NCBI RefSeq assembly: GCF_009914755.1
Contig: NC_060934.1
DNA from: the human T2T-CHM13v2.0 reference genome, Homo sapiens
Length of the DNA: 64,000 nt
Strand: one strand, 5' to 3'
The notes beneath the pieces were generated by a model. That model worked only from the letters and a program-made list of their open reading frames with translations, ran no database searches and was not told the DNA's origin. Shown one piece after another: positions 32,280 to 45,814 of this stretch (position 1 is its first letter; every line of letters begins with the position of its first letter). Made by a program: the position numbers and the translations under genes.

Positions 32280-34737
32280 CGTATTAATCCATTCTCCACT
32301 GCCATAATGAAACACCTGATACTGAGTAATTTATAAACTGAAGAGGTCTAACTGGCTCATGGTTCCAATGGCTGTACAAGAAGCATGATGCCGGCCATCT
32401 GCTCAGCTTCTTGTGAGGGTCAAGAAACTTACAATCATGGCAGAAAGTGAAGAGGAAGTAGGCTCATCTTACATTGCTGAAGCAAGGGCAAGAAAGAGAG
32501 GTGGAGAGGAGGTACTACACACTTTTAAATAACCAGGTCTCATGAGAACGGTATCATGAGAACAGCACCAAAGGGATGGTGCTTAAACCATTCATGAAAG
32601 ATCTTCCCCCATGATCTAATCACCTCCCACCAGGCCCTATCTCCAATATTGGGGATTACCATTGAACATGAGATTTTGATGGGGATATGGATCCAAACCG
32701 TGTGATTCCACCCCTGGCCCCTCCCAAATCTCATGTCCTCACATTGCAAAATACAATCATCCCTTCCCAATAGTCCCCAAAGACTTAAGTCATTCCAGCG
32801 TTAACTCAGAAATCCCAAGTCCAAAATGGCATCTAAGACAAGGCTAGTCTCTTCTGCCTATGAATCTGTAAAATCAAAATGAGTTAGTTACTTCCAAGAT
32901 ACAATGAAAGTGTAGGCATTTGGCAAATACTCCCATTCCAAAAAGAAGAAGTTTGCCAAAATAAAGAGGCTACAGGCCCCATGCAAGTTCAAAACCAAAC
33001 CAAGCAGAGCAGTCATTAAATGTTAAAGCTTCAAAATAATCTCCTTTGACTCCATGTTTCACATCCAGGGCACACTGATGTAACGGGTCGGCTTCCAAGG
33101 CCTTGGGCTGCTCTGCCTCTGTGGCTTTGCAGGGTTCATCCCCTGTGGTTGCTCTCAGGGACTGGCATTCAGTGCCTATGATTTTTCTAGGTACAGGGTG
33201 CAAGCTGCTGGTGGACCTACCATTCTGGAGTCTGGAGGATGGTGGCCCTCTTCTCACAGCTCCACTAGGCAGTGCCTCAGTGGGGATTCTGTGTGGGGAC
33301 TCAACTCCACATTTCCCTTCTACGTTGTCCTACTAGAGGTTCTTCATGAGGGTTCCATCATTGCAGCAGACTTCTGCATGGACATCCAGGCTTTTCCATA
33401 CATCTTCTGAAATCTAGGCAGAAGCTCTCAAGCCTCAGCTCTTATACTCTGCACTCACAGGCTTAACAGCCTGTGGAAACCACCAAGGCTTACAGCTTCC
33501 AAACTCTGAAGTAGTTGCCTGAGCAGTACCTGGGCTCCATTGAGCCACAGCTGGAGCTAGAGTGGCTGGGATGCAGGGAGCAGTGTCCTGATGCTGTGCA
33601 GGGCAATGAGGCCCTGGGCCTGGTCCAAGAAACCATTCTTCCCTCCTATGCTTCCTGCCTGTGATGGGAGGGATTGCCACAAAAGTCTCTGAAATGCTTT
33701 CCAGGCTTTCTCTCCATTGCCTTGGCTGTCAGCACTTGCCTTCCTTTAGTTATGCAAATATCTGCAGCCTGCTTGAATTCCTTTCTTGCAAATGGGCTTT
33801 TCTTTTCTATTATATGGCCATGGTACAAATTTTCCAAAACTTTTAAATATAAGTTTCAGTTTCAGGTTACTTTTTTGCTCATGCATATGAGCATAGGTTT
33901 TTAGAAGCAGCCTGGCTACACCTTGAACACCTTGCTGCTTAAAAATTTCTCCTGCCAGATACCCTTAATCATCACTCTAAAGTTCAAATTTCCACAGATC
34001 CCTAGGGCAGGGGCACAATGCACCAAGGCTCTTTGCCAAAGGATAACAAAAGTTACCTTTACTCCAGTTTCCAATAAGTTCCTCTTCTCCATCTGAGACC
34101 TCATCAGTTTGGCCATCTCTGTTCACATTACTATCAACATTTGGGTTACAACCATTCAATAAGCCTCTAGGAAGTTCCAAACTTTCCTCATCTTCCTGTC
34201 TTCTTCTGAGCCCTTCAAACTGTTTTAACCTCTGTCCATTACCCAGTTTCAAAGCTGCTTCCACATTTTCAGGTATCTTTATAGCAATGCCCCACTCCTC
34301 AGTACCAATTTTCTATATTAGCCTATTCTTGTACTGCTGTAAAAAAAAAAATACGTGACACTGGATAATTTATAAACAAAGAGGTTTAATTGGCTCATGG
34401 TTCCATGGGCTGTACAGGAAGCATGATGCTTGCCCTCTGCTTGGCTTCTTGGGAGGCCTCAGGAAACTTACAGTCCTAGTGGAAAGTGATGGGAAAGCAG
34501 CCTCATCTTACATGGCCAGCACAGGAGCAAGATGTCAGGGGGAGATGCTTCACACGTTTAAACAACTAGACCTCGTGAAAACTCTATTATGAGAATAGCA
34601 CCAAAGGGATGGTGCTAAACCATTCTTGAAGGATCCACCCCTATGATCCAATCACCTCCCATCAGGCCCCACCTTTAACACTGGGGATTATAATTTAACA
34701 TAAGATTTGGATGGGGACACGGATCCAAACCATATCA
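32280..34737 (-). mobile_element. Full-length MSTA MaLR provirus (LTR 32280-32705, internal 32706-34313, LTR 34314-34737)
   Basis: Two homologous MSTA LTRs around a 1.6-kb MaLR internal region; perfect 5-bp TSD GTAAG (32275-79, 34738-42); ORF 33977-34264 contains the MaLR-int motif EVSDGEEELIGNWSKG..CY. Confidence 0.95.
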
Positions 34738-34797
34738 GTAAGATTGCCTAACTGCTAGATATTTTAGGGAACTATTTATGATTCTCTCAAACATATC

Positions 34798-35551
34798 TGT
34801 ATTTATCAGGATGGGCCAACTTATGTGTTAGTAACAATCTCCAAATTTTGGTAGTTTAGTTTATTTAAAGAAAATTCTAGCTAGTGCAAAGTCTCTAGGT
34901 CAGCATTCCTTCATGCGTTTGCCCATCCTTCTAAGCTGCTTTGATTTTATGACACTTCATATTAATTAGTGCCCTGATGATGTGGCAGTGCAAGAGAGAA
35001 CTGCACGACAGCTTCTACATGCTTTTAACTGGAAGCGACGTACCCCATATTCACATTATATTGGCCCAAGTCAATTACTTGGCCATGCCAAGTGATTGAT
35101 ATGATTCGAATGTGTGTCCCTGTGCGAATCTCATGTCAAATTATAATCCCCGATGTTGGAGGAGGGGCCTGGTAGGAGGTGATTGGAACATGGGGGTAGA
35201 CATCCCCCCTTGCTGTTCTCATGAGACCTGGTTGCTTAAGTGTGTGGCACCTCCCCCTTCTCTTCCTCCTGCTCCGCCCATGTAAGATGTGCCTCTTTTC
35301 TCTTTGCCTTCCACCATAATTTTAAGTTTCCTGAGGCCTTCTTAGCCAGGCTTTCTTTACAACCTGTAGAACCATGAGACAATTAAACCTCTTTTCTTTA
35401 TAAATTTATAAATTACACAGTCTCAGGCGGTTCTTTTTAGCAATGCAAGAATGGACTAATACACTGATCTTTAAGGAGACAGGGTAAGACAATCCTCCCT
35501 TGTGCTTAGTGGGGTGAACTGGATAACAGTAAAGAGCAAAGATGCTTAACA
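34798..35551 (-). mobile_element. Old MLT1 (K/L-like) LTR split by an MSTA LTR
   Basis: tgtatt..tcaggatggg..agtaacaa..; ctggaag.gac..tcacatt..attggcc..ggccatgcc; continues after 35463 with caatcct..tgtgc. Confidence 0.55.
35097..35463 (+). mobile_element. MSTA/THE1-type solo LTR
   Basis: TGATATG..aatctcatgtc..gggcctggt.ggaggtgattgga..taagtttcctgaggcc..ggactaataCA; TSD gtgat/ctgat. Confidence 0.9.
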
Positions 35552-36744
35552 AAATAAAATAAATTTCTTAAGAAAAATACTTTGCTATATTTTATGTTTC
35601 CAATGTTGTTTTTCTTTCACTCTTACATGTAATTCATATCACCTTACATTATGCATCTTAAATTTTGCTAGAGCAAGATGAGATAAAATGTGCCTTCAGA
35701 GAAGGGAACTTTGTCTTATTTGTAGTAGCCTCAACACCTGTAATAGTGCTTGGCAAAGATAGAAATATATTAAGTTATTATATTAATCAGCAAAAGATCT
35801 TAACAAAAGGAATATTTTTAATAATGAAAATAACTATTAGCATATACTTTAATATGTTTTGTTTTGTACATCCTCATGGACACAAACGGAAAAAGTTACC
35901 TGAGGTCACATGACCAAGCAGTAGCACTTACAGATGCCATCAAGCTGTCTCATAATCCAGTGCTATGATTAAGTCACAAATTAAATAAGTAAGGTGGAGG
36001 GGAGAAGAGAAATAGATAAAAGAAGCAGAAGTAAAGACATCATAAAAGAATACTGTCTTATTTCTAGGTAAGTGACAAGAAGTAATTCATAGATATTTTT
36101 CTATTTGAGAGACAGAGTTCTCAGTACTAAGATAATAAAAGATGAAAGGACTTCCACTTCAATGATAATATATGTAAGAAGAATATAAATAGCTTTTTTT
36201 ATTGAAATGGAGAGTGTAGGTGTGAAAATTATGCATATGCATGTCTGTGGCTCTTGAGGAATGAAATTATCTACGTGGGTTGAAGGTACCAGTAAGCATT
36301 AAGCTCTGAGTACTTAGAAAAACATACAAATATTTTAAAAATAATTTTAAGGAGTGCTAATAGTAGTGGAAGCAATAAATTTAAAAATTATCTTCCAAAC
36401 AAACATTGCTCCTTCTGTGGGAAACATGATGAGATATTCTCATTCACTGCTGTAATAATGATTCAAGTGTGTAATATTCTATTTAACTTAGCAGACCTGC
36501 AAAGTACTGTCTTCCAGAAAAACAGATGTTTCTTCAAGGAATACATGAAACCTGCTATTAAAATTATCTATTTCTGTGGAATATACTTAGCAATCACTAA
36601 AAATAGAATTATTATTTTTTAAAATTTAGATACTATACTAAAATCTTTCAGTATTAGCAAATACTGAATTTAATAATATCCCATTCTCTTCACATTATCA
36701 AAGATGTTGTGATTTACATAAATGCAGCTGATAGTGTTTTTTCT

Positions 36745-38125
36745 TTCCTTTTTTGTTGCAGCATAACTTAAATAGAGTAAAATTCACCTTCTTATATTAC
36801 AGTTCAGTGAGTTTTGACAAATATATATAATCATGTAAGCACCACCAGAATCAAGAAACAGAATGGTGGCATCACCCTCTAAAAATCCCTCATGTCTTTT
36901 TGTGCTCAACCACTGCCCGTATCCTTAGCCCGAGGTAACCACTGATCTGTTTTCTGGTGTTGTAGTTTTGCCTTTCCAAGAAGATCCTATAATTATAATT
37001 CAACAATATATAAACTTTAACTCTGTCTTCATCACAGCATAATGCATTTGAGACTTACTCATGTTTTTGCATGTATCAATAATTAGCTTATTCATTTTTG
37101 TTGTTTGTTGCTTAGTAATATGCCGCTATGTAGATATACCACAGTTTGTTTATTTACTTCTCAGTTGAATAATATTTGGGCCATTCTACCTTCTGGTGAT
37201 TGTGAGTAAAGCTTCTATCAATGTGTGTGTACTTACTTGGGTAAGTACCTGGCAGTGGGATTGATGGGTTATATATTAAGTGTTTGTTTAGCTCTGAAAG
37301 AAATTGTCAGCCAGGCATAGTGACTCACAGCCTAAAATCCCAGCACTTTGGGAGGATGAGGTGGGTGGGTCAGTTGAGGCCAGGAGTTTGAGACCAGCCT
37401 GGCTGATATTGTAAACCCCATCTCTACTAAAAATACAAAAAAAAAAAGTACCTGGCCATGGTGGCACATGCCTGTAATCCCAGCTGTTCAGGAGGCTGAG
37501 GCACGAGAATCACTTGAGCCTGGGAGGTGGAGGTTTCAGTGAACTGAGGTCATGCCACTGCACTCCAGCCTGGGTGACAGAACAAGACTCTGTCTCAAAA
37601 AAACAAAAATAAAACAAATGAACATAAAATAAATTGCCAAGCTTTGTCCAAAACAGGTGTCATTTTGCATTTACAACAGCAATGTGTAAGAGTTGCCTTT
37701 GCTCAATATCCTCCTCAGAATTTGGTATTTGATTATTTGGTAATTGATTAACATGATAACAATAGTCATTATTATTATTACTTTAGCCATTTTAATAGGG
37801 CTGCAGTGGAATCTCATTGTAGTTTTAATTTTTTTTTTAAATACAACAATATTGAGTATCACTTCATATGCTTACTTGCTATCCATTTGTATTTACTGAA
37901 GTGTTTTTTCAAATTTTGTGACGATATACTATTGGATTGGTTTTCTTCTTACTGAGTTTTGAGTGTTGTTTATATATTCTAGATACAAATCCTTTATCAT
38001 CTAAGTGCTTTGCAAATATTTTCCTCTGGTCTGTTCCTTGTTTATCACATTTTCTTAAGAGGAGAAATGTTCAATTATGATAAAATCCAATTTATCATTT
38101 TGCCCCTTAACTGCTAAAAGTTTAT
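36745..38125 (-). mobile_element. L1ME-like 3' end, interrupted by Alu
   Basis: tacagttcagtgagttttgacaaat, gg.aaccactgatctgttttct, ataccacagtttgtttat, atctcattgt.gttttaatt. Confidence 0.8.
37309..37627 (+). mobile_element. Alu (AluSz6-like)
   Basis: Full dimer with gaggccaggag and ggcacgagaat; TSD aaagaaattgtca/aaataaattgcca. Confidence 0.93.
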
Positions 38126-38129
38126 AAGT

Positions 38130-38840
38130 CTCCCAATCTTTGCTGTGGGATGGTGTATGTGCTGGCACACACCTGTAATGCTCAGGCAGGTAGCTTATAA
38201 CTCTGTCCCAGCCCTCATTTCTTGCTTCATAGAGCCGCAACATGTGGCCTTCTAGATTCCTAGGAATATATTGGACCTTTGCAAAATGCTTAAAATCTCA
38301 TTCCCCAAGTTTTATTTTTATATTTTTGGTCACTTTTTCCCCCCAACGAGTTATCACTGCCATGGGCAGCTGCAATATTAAGCAATTGCTGCTGATTGTT
38401 TTTGACAAATGCCTTCAGAGGAAAGGCTGTTTGCCCTGACTGAGCTTTCATTTAGGTCAAATAAAGAAAAGCTGGATGAGGGGGATTTTGAGAAAACTGC
38501 CAGACAAGTCAAATAATGACAATTTTCTGAAAATAATGATTTTGGAGAGCTCCAAACCTGTTTTGCCACCTCCAGTGGCTGCTGTTTTTCACCATGATTT
38601 AGTAGCCACTGTTTTTCAGTGTTACTGCAAAGCTGTGAAAAGACAGATGAAAAAAAAGTGAGTTAAATATTCTTAACAAGATTCAGCATTTTGTTTTAAA
38701 TAAATACTTCTTTGTTACAAGCCTTTAGTTGTTACTAGAGTTTTGAAAAAGTTGGCATTGACAATTCTTCCAGTGTTCTCATTGTTTCTATAGAGAAGCG
38801 ACATTTTGCAAATTTGTACTCCACCATTCCTGCTGATGTC
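38130..38840 (-). mobile_element. Old L1M 5'-region fragment
   Basis: ccttctagattcctaggaatat.., ttgattgtttttgacaaatgcc-like, aagcctttagtt..gagtt.tgaaaaagttg..ttgaca; resembles old L1 5' consensi. Confidence 0.45.
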
Positions 38841-39868
38841 TGCAAATGACTTCTTGTTTCAAGTTCTCTAAAAGCTACATTTGTGGTTTAGCTTTTTTTT
38901 TCTTAACTTTATAGACATGAAGCCAGTCATAGGTCAATCACCAGAACCACATCTCTTGGCCTTAATATAAAATTATATAATACTTTTAACAAATGAATAT
39001 TTTTATATTATGAAACCTCACATTTTTAACATGAAGCCTCTGAGGATCTTCAGACTCATGCCATGTAGTGTCATGTCATTCCTAACTGACTAATGGGATC
39101 TCTCTTGGTAGGTTGTCTATGGTTCAAAGAACTTGTGTGATGGATATATTTGCTAGTACAAAACAAGGATATGCCTGCATGTCAGCACAGTTCACCTTTC
39201 CTCACAATGAGAGTAAAGGAGTAAGGGCTAGTTCTTCTGTTTGAGGGTCTGCCCATGAGTAATGAGAAATGTACAAATAATTATTTAATGACAATATTTA
39301 AATAAATACTGAATGAAAAAATATTGTGTGATCCGGAAACTGGTGAAGGATATTTTTCTGGTTATCTATTGTTGCATAGATATTGTTGCCCTCAGAGATG
39401 GCAAAATACATAAAATAAGTGGAAAAAACTCAAATAACGTTAAAAAGTCACGATATCTCAAGTTGCCTGTCTCTGAAAACTTCCACCTTAGCACTTTGGG
39501 GCCAAAATAATCTTCCTTACACTAATACTACTTAGTCCTAGAGCTGTGTTGCCATGTCAACCACCCTCTCTATTAACTCTTACTTTCACCTAGATTCAAA
39601 TCTTTATTTTCTAATATATCTATTGTTGTATACATATCTGAGATCAGCATAATTGCAGTGTATCATACTGTTTACATTAATGTGTTTTTGAGTCAAACAA
39701 TTTTAGGTTTAAATTGTATTTCACAGCTTATTAACCATAAGATCACAGGCAAGTTTCATAACCTCTCAAAACTTATTTCTCCACATTTATAAAATGGAAA
39801 CAATAATAAGTAACCAATTCAGTTATGTTGAACATTTAATGATAATTATAATAGAAACACAATGATAG

Positions 39869-40298
39869 TACAAGACCCAAATCCCTTGTTTCCACCTGTA
39901 AAATCCAGAAATGTTTGAAAACTTAAGATTTGGAAAGGTATATTTGGTGTCAAAATCTCACATGAAATGTAGTGATGTAATGCTATTTTACATATATGTA
40001 TAAATAATTTGGATAGGGTGGTCACGTAAGAGTTCTCTGATAAAACGTTCTGTTCAGAATGTGTGTGTGTATATATATATATACACACACTGTATATATA
40101 TACACACACTGTATATATATATATACACACACTGTATATATATATATACACTATATATATATATACACTATATATATACACACTATATATATACACATAT
40201 ATATTCTGTGAATATGTATACACTTTCTGCAGAATTATTAATGTATTTAGTTCCCAGACTCAGCCTTAAATTAATTATAAGATTTTGTGGACCTGCAA
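39869..40298. mobile_element. Possible ancient Tigger-like MITE hosting a microsatellite
   Basis: Degenerate terminal inverted repeats tacaagacccaaatccctt / aagattttgtggacctgca. Confidence 0.35.
40060..40204. repeat. Compound (TG)n(TA)n(CA)n microsatellite
   Basis: Directly visible; iterated ~tgtatatatatatacacacac blocks. Confidence 0.95.
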
Positions 40299-41924
40299 TA
40301 ATAAAGTACCTTTAATTTTATTTTGTTTGTGTTCTTTCTTACTTCTTTAATAGAAGGAGAGTAATCTAAGTAGCACTGTGGTGGATGTTAACTGAGGCTA
40401 ACCTTTGTAAGGAATTAGGAGGCAGAGCTCTCATCTCTTCCAAGATGTGTTTTCAGGCAGTGATGCTAAAAGGTAGAATAGGCAAAGCAATGTAGATATG
40501 CAGCTTTATGATTTCCCAACATTGATTTGAAATGAAACAGTGGGAGAAACAAGCAGAATTCAGAAGCTCTCTCAACATTATGTCTCAGTTAGACTCATAT
40601 AACTCATATTCTTCCTTGAACTTACTCAATTTTTGATGGCACAAACATTTTATTAATTTTTCTCCTATTTTCCTCTGGTCTTGGCCTCAGTGAACTATGT
40701 ATAATTACAGAGTTAGTTACTCTTTATCAAATTTGGAGGATTTTTCCCCTTCAAAATTTAACATAAAATGGGAATCTCATTGCCAAAAGATTGGAGGATG
40801 TATGAGGACTTTAATCTCAGTTGTGTGCTGTGCTTATTTTGTTCAGCCTCCAACTGTAATCTTGCTGCTCTTCATTTTTGTGGTCGCAAAAATGTAAATA
40901 TTCTTTAGGTCCTCCCTGCTGATATTGCTGTGATCTATAAGTTCCTGTGGATCTGTACACATTCCCCTGCATTCTAGTTTCACTTGCAATATTTCCTTAG
41001 TCTTGGTACTATTTTTTTCTTGAAATTCAAAACAAATACATTCCACTCAGCAATTATGACTATTATTATTAATCAGATGAAAAAGCTATGGAAGTCAAGA
41101 CTTTTTTTTCTTTGTGAAACATTGCCAAGTACACTAAAACTAAACTAAAATTAAATTTAAAACAAAATAACTTAAAATCTTATTTATTTAAATAACAATT
41201 TTACTATTAAAATAAATTAAATATTTGATCTAAATTAGATTTCTGCTTATAATAGTTTCTAATCAGGATGACCAGTAGTAATAATACATTTTTAAAAGTA
41301 GAGGAGAAAAAACTCATTTATTGTAGACATATATTTATATATTTAATTACTTTTTAAATTCAATAAATAATCCTTTAATTAGTGTTAGTAGTGGAACACA
41401 TCAATTCAACTCACAGAATAACATCATTCTATAAGCACAAAAATTAAAAACTAATGAAGTCAATTGTTAGCTTTTAAAAGAATAGGCTTATGTATACCAC
41501 AGATAAACACATTATGTAGTATTTTACGATGAGATCTAACCATAAAGATACTAACAATTACTGTCCCATAAACTAAATGTGTCTTTTAAATGAAAACTTT
41601 CATGCAATTGAATTAAATGTATAAGGCTGATTCATTGATTACAAATAGATCTAGAAAATAAAAAAGAAACACATTATCCTGGGAAAAGTATTGTGCTAAA
41701 CAAAGAAATGTGCAGGTATCATATCAATGAGTTAACTCAGTGTTCTCATATACTAACTAAACATCTCAAAGATGTCAGGAATCAGTCTGTGCATACATAA
41801 ATTCAAAAAATAATATTTGTAGTGGTGTGTAGTAAAGATGTCTGTCAGAGTATATTTTAATTCACTTCAAAATTTTAGTGTAATTTAAATTTTTAATTTT
41901 CAACAATATTTTTTCTACCATAGT

Positions 41925-42257
41925 GGTATTAGTCTTTTCTCATGCTGCTAATAAAGACATACCTGAAACTGGATAATATATAAAGGAAAGAGATTTAATT
42001 GACTCACAGTTTCACATGGCTGGGGAGGCCTCAAAATCATGGCAAAGGCAAAGGAAGAGCAAAGTCATGCTTTGCTTTGCTCCTTTATAAAACCATCAGA
42101 TCTCATGAGATGTGTTCACTATCATAAGAACAGCATGGGAAAGACCCACCCCCATGATTCTATTACCTCCCACTGTGTCCCTCCCATGACACGTGAGAAT
42201 TATGGGAGCCTACAATTCAAGATGAGATTTGGGTGGGGACACAGCCAAACCATATGA
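41925..42257 (-). mobile_element. THE1C-like solo LTR with small internal deletion
   Basis: catgctgctaataaagacatacc, aaaaccatcagatctcatgaga, tacaattcaagatgagatttgggtggggacacagccaaaccata. Confidence 0.9.
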
Positions 42258-43708
42258 GTAATTAACACAAAATACTGATTTTGAAAGCAGAAATTAATAA
42301 CAGAATATCCTAATTAATTTTGGCTTAACTTTATTAGGGTTTTGAAAATTGATTGCCAATGTAATTTTTTATTGACTTAAAATATATAATTTTTCATTTT
42401 TATCATCCTGTGTTGTATGTTTTCTCTTTCTATATAATTTATACATTTTTTCTGATAAATGATTACTAATTTTTATAAGACAATGACCTCTAATCACTAA
42501 TTTAAATGTTTTCTTTAGAGAATAAAATTATACACATTTTATTCATCAACAAATGTTATCTTAAGCTTTCATGAAGGTATTTACATCTAACAAGTGAGAG
42601 CTTTTTATGGGATCTGCTATTTAATTTGGTGTTCTATTTTCTTTATATTTGTAAATATCTTATAATTTACATTCAATTGCAATTGGTCAATCACCACCAA
42701 ATTTCACAGTAACTCCTATGTGAAAATAGTACAATAATCTTAATGCTAACTACCTGTTCACATCTTTTCCCATGAAATGATCCTGTGGATTTTCAAGAAG
42801 TCCAGAACTTGAGGCAAATATATAGATTACCAGGAAGAGAATCAGAAGTTCTTTAATCATGGGTTGCAGAACATCAAGCTTGAAATTGGCAAAAAAAAAA
42901 CAAAAAAAAAAAGAGAGGGAAAAGGAGGAAAACCCAACTATCTTCTGCATTAAAAAATACAAGCACATTTTCACTCAAAAAGGATGACCTAAAACCTTTA
43001 AATCTAATATTGATTACAGAGAAATTATTTCGTTTTATAGTGGAAAATGTATTTTGAAGGCAAATTCTAACTAGATTAGAATATTAGAAATTCTCAGGCA
43101 CACTAGCTTTTGATTGCTGAAGTTTCAGTCTTGCAAAGCTGTCAGCAAAATTACATAAATCTTATTTTTAAATTTCTACAAAGGTGGTCTGAACAATTCT
43201 TATTAGTTATTACTTTTTCAGTCCCCAAACATCTTTTCTAAATAATTCATTTCTAGGCATGCCTATTTTTACTGAAATATGATAGAGGATACTTCATTCA
43301 ACAAAACTCATTGAGTTTGCGTGTTATAACTACATCTTCATTTGGTAGAAACTTGCTATCTATAAAGTAAACCATTTTGTTTATTCTTCATTTCTTTTTT
43401 TTTTTTTTAAAGAAAACACTGATTAAACACAGTAAGAAACTACAATGTGAAAAATTAGACATTGGGAGCCAAAGCTGCTTTCGAAAAGTTTGCCTATCAA
43501 GAGAGGAAGCAAAATAACAGTTCCTCGAAGCAAGTACTGTGGAGGGAATACAGTGAAATACTTTTGAGTTAAAATTATTAAGCTGAAAGAGTAATGGCTA
43601 GTAATTCATTTAGTGGCTACTCTGTTACATCTACTTCATCTCACTTGGTCTTTGCAAAATTTAATTAAGCTGATGATATGATTTCAATTAAAAATTTAAG
43701 GAGACTGA

Positions 43709-43845
43709 GCTACTCGGGAGGCTGAGGGAGGAGAATGGCATGAACCTGGGAGGAGGAGCTTGCAGTGAGCTGAGATCGCGCAGCTGCACTCCAGCCTGTG
43801 TGACAGAGCAAGACTCCGTCTAAAAAAAAAAAAAAAAAAAAAAAA
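43709..43845 (+). mobile_element. 5'-truncated AluY (partial right arm)
   Basis: gagaatggcatgaacc..gagcttgcagtgag; long pure A tail; TSD aaaattt(a)aggagactga / aaaattgaggagactga. Confidence 0.93.
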
Positions 43846-43869
43846 AATTGAGGAGACTGAAGTGTAGTG

Positions 43870-43975
43870 AATTTATGTAGCTGTTCACTGATGCTTAGCT
43901 ACTGCATTGAAGGGCCAGTGCCTCACATAGAACTTGGCACACAGGGTATGCCCCCAAAATATTTGTTAAATTATA
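43870..43975 (+). mobile_element. L2 3' end
   Basis: tgttcactgat..cagtgcct..ttggcacacag..aatatttgttaaat. Confidence 0.5.
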
Positions 43976-45590
43976 GTTAACAAGAGTGAATACAAAACAG
44001 AGAGAGATAGAAAGAAAAGAAAAAAAATTTCTTTGAATGGAAGGTTTATACTCTTTTTTTCTATGCCATGTTTATGGTATACTTAGATTTTCTTTTTAAA
44101 GGATAGGACAATTTTGAACTCTCAGTTACATATGTTAAAGTACATTTTAATAAAAATATTCCAAAATATCATTGCCTCCCAAATCATTTTGGCATCCAAA
44201 AATGTGCGAACACATATTGTAGAAGTGATAAGAACCTTTTTCTTGTTACTGTTTTCCTTGTAACATCACTTAATCTATGTACTAAAACTCCTACCCTGAG
44301 CTTCAATGAACACATACAAGACTGATTTGCTCACCCTGAATTCCACAATAGAACAACTGGAGTTTAGATTTATAATGAGATAGATAACTTTATAATGAGA
44401 TAGATAAAGATAGAAGCAGGGATTATGACAGCTCATCTTTACTCATTAAATATTATAACCAGCAGATGCTGTCTGTATCTAACAAAGACAGTAAGATAAA
44501 TAATCACTTTCAACTCGTTTGTATTATTTTGTCCTCCTTCATCTTCTATAATTCATAAAGCTACTTGATAGCATTTCGGAGCTGTCTTAAACTTACAACT
44601 GTTATATAATTTAATTTCACATAGCTGGGCCACCTTATTTAAATTCTCATTACTTTGACATTTTCAAAACTTATGGAGTCATCTGAGATTATCTTAGTTT
44701 GCCAGAAAATTATTGAACATAGTTTGGATCCATTATAAAAGTTTGAAAATCATTACCTTTGAAAATTTTTGGTTCAATAAAATCACAGATGCTGAAAACC
44801 TTCAGTCATTCATCTTATATCTATTTCTTTAACATTTTCTGACACAGATATTAACATTGTACCTAAATCCACAGAACTAGAGAGTTCTTACATTGAATAT
44901 TTCTCTGATAAAAAGGGAGACTCATTATAGTGAAACAGCACATAACAGTAAAAATCCCTAATTTAAACTGAGGTTTGTTGCTTGATAATTTTTTTTTTAA
45001 ATCTTCCTTAGATATCTGTGGACAAAATAATTAGAACAAATTGCTTCCAAGATGTCAATATAGGGGAGAAGTAGAGTTGCTATAATTAGAAGCAAGAGCA
45101 CTATTTTCAGCTTCTGTTTCTTAAAATGCAGCTTCTAATGCTTCTTTTCAGTGACCCAATTGTTTTGATATTTGCATATAAGCAATCTAGTCCTCTTATC
45201 TGATGCACATTGACTAATTTACAGGTTCACTTTCTTCACTTAAATCTTCATGTTACTGTAAAAGGATAAGAAATTTCTGTACTGCAGAACCCATGTTGAT
45301 GATTACATTTGTTCATATCTGACACAGAAATGAATGAAACTTTGCCAGATTACAATAAAGCCAAATATTTGCCTCAAATGGAAGAGACACTGCTGAATGA
45401 CATAAAGTCTTTTTTGGCCTTCTTTTGTACTACAATAAATAAATTTAAGTTTGGTTTGTAAATTTCAAGCATACAACACTGGGAAAAGGACCCTAAATTT
45501 TCTATCACATTTTGGAGCACAGGCACTCTCTCCTACAATACCTGTTGCATTGATTGAAGGGATTTTCATCCCTGTCACAGATTAAAATTA

Positions 45591-45814
45591 CAGTATTCCT
45601 CCCTTTGTCTTTGGTTTTGCATACTGTGCTTTCAGTTACCTGTGATTAAATATGGTATGAAAATATTACATGATAAATTTCACAAATAAATTGTTCATAA
45701 GTTTTAAATTGTGCACCATTTTGAGTAGCACGGTAAAATATTTCCTTGTCCTGCTCCATCCCTCCTCATCCCACTTGGGGATCTAAATCAGGATCTGAAT
45801 CATCCCTTTGCCCA
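45591..45814 (+). mobile_element. MER44 (Tigger7-related) 5' part
   Basis: TA|cagtattcctccctt..tttcagttacc..ttcataagttttaaattgtgcacc..tgaatcatccctttgcccag, truncated. Confidence 0.8.

Noticed and set aside
39846-40315. Y/I/H/T-rich ORFs here and at 7794-8261
   Set aside because: Open mainly because they cross (TA)n/(CA)n microsatellites that lack stop codons.
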